Source: Octopus sinensis (Eukaryota). From it: a DNA stretch of 46,413 nucleotides. The translations under genes and the position numbers were made by a program. Numbering within the stretch: the stretch's first letter is position 1; each line of letters begins with the position of its first letter. Shown here in pieces: positions 45,306 through 46,413 of the stretch. The notes beneath the pieces were generated by a model that saw nothing but the letters and a program-made list of their open reading frames with translations, was not told the origin of the DNA and did not search any database. Location: positions 1 through 46,413 of the forward strand of contig NW_021834981.1 in assembly GCF_006345805.1 (NCBI RefSeq), in the 5' to 3' direction.

Positions 45306-46413
45306 TATATATATATATATGTGTGTGTAAGTGTGTGTGTGTGTGTGTGTCTGTGTTTGTACCCACCGCCATCGGCTGACAATGATGCTGGTGTGTTTAT
45401 GTCCCCGTAACTTAGTGGTTCGGAAAAAGAGACCGATAGAGTAAGTACTAGGTTTACAAAGAATAAGTCCTGGGGTCGATTTGCTCCAGCATGGTCGCAA
45501 TCAAATGACTAAAACAAGTAACATAGTAGCAAAATAAAAGAACTTACAAATACATCTCTCATTTTATAGGCAAATCCACTTACACGGTTTTAGTTGACCA
45601 AGGGCTATAGAAGGCGCTCACCAAAGGTGTCAGACAGTGGGACTCGAGCCGGAACTATATTGCTACGAAGTAAGCGCCTTACCAGACAGCTGCACCTGAA
45701 GAACAACTTTCCTTTTACACCATATTGTGTACGTATTGAGAACAAGTCTGTGTTTTATTTGTTCGAGTAGTATGTTTTTGTTTCGATATTTGTTCGATTT
45801 TTCTCCTTTTGTTTGGTTTTCTTTTCTTTTCACTCGATTTTCTCTCGAGTTCTTTGCAGTTTGAAACACTTTAAGTTCCCGCTCGTCTCATTAAGGTTGC
45901 TGAAATTTTATCGTCTCATCTATACACACACACACGCGTGCGTGCGCGCACACAGATACGCGCGCGTGCACACACACGTATATACGCGCGGACTTATGCA
46001 CACACACTGATATATATATAAACACCACACACGCACACACACATATACATATACATATACGTATACTTGTATGCATGTGTGTATGTATGTGCGTGTCTCT
46101 CTCTATATATACACACACATACACAATACATATATACAAACATAGGAAAATATATATACAGGCGTCGCTGGCGTTTAGTTTTCAATTCTGCTCTGAACGA
46201 AGTAGCGTATGCTTAACACCATTTCAACCATGGCCATCTCGTCATGTATTCAAACATTGTAGTCCTTATGGACTACGTATATCCCGTGTAGCCTTCCCTT
46301 TTAAGAATATAGTGTATGTATGATTAGAGCGTGATTTAGGTACTATATAGATCAATCACGGACAACCCGAGACCTACGGGTCGCAGGAGCATCCGAACGG
46401 TACGCCAACCGAA

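Noticed and set aside
46345-46413. GC-rich hairpins at the window end (ACCCG/CGGGT) suggesting an HDV-like ribozyme
   Set aside because: Could not assign the nested double pseudoknot; the sequence is cut by the window edge.

Overview
AT-rich, microsatellite- and SINE-dense animal genomic DNA. The repeat families and composition suggest an Octopus-type cephalopod; this is an inference, no search was run. The one cellular gene is a clan-3 (CYP3A-like) cytochrome P450 on the + strand, with 14 coding exons ending at 36964. Its promoter and exon 1 are duplicated (ATG at 2765 and at 12376). As assembled, exon 7 is one base out of frame at each end, which means either assembly error or pseudogenisation. 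The main discovery lies between the two exon-1 copies: a 3.6-kb array (7258-10881) of about 10 near-identical ~358-bp non-coding units. Each unit carries a type I hammerhead ribozyme fold with a non-canonical U3-A8 core (UUGAAAA instead of CUGANGA) inside a highly base-paired monomer. The array flips orientation at 8046-8047 and both ends run into (TA)n. This matches a retrozyme-like (circular-RNA, Penelope-mobilised) element. At least seven other hammerhead or hammerhead-like motifs, Penelope-like element fragments, mariner, LINE and SINE copies, and several fold-back structures are also present. Almost all ORFs in the supplied track are microsatellite or minisatellite artefacts.
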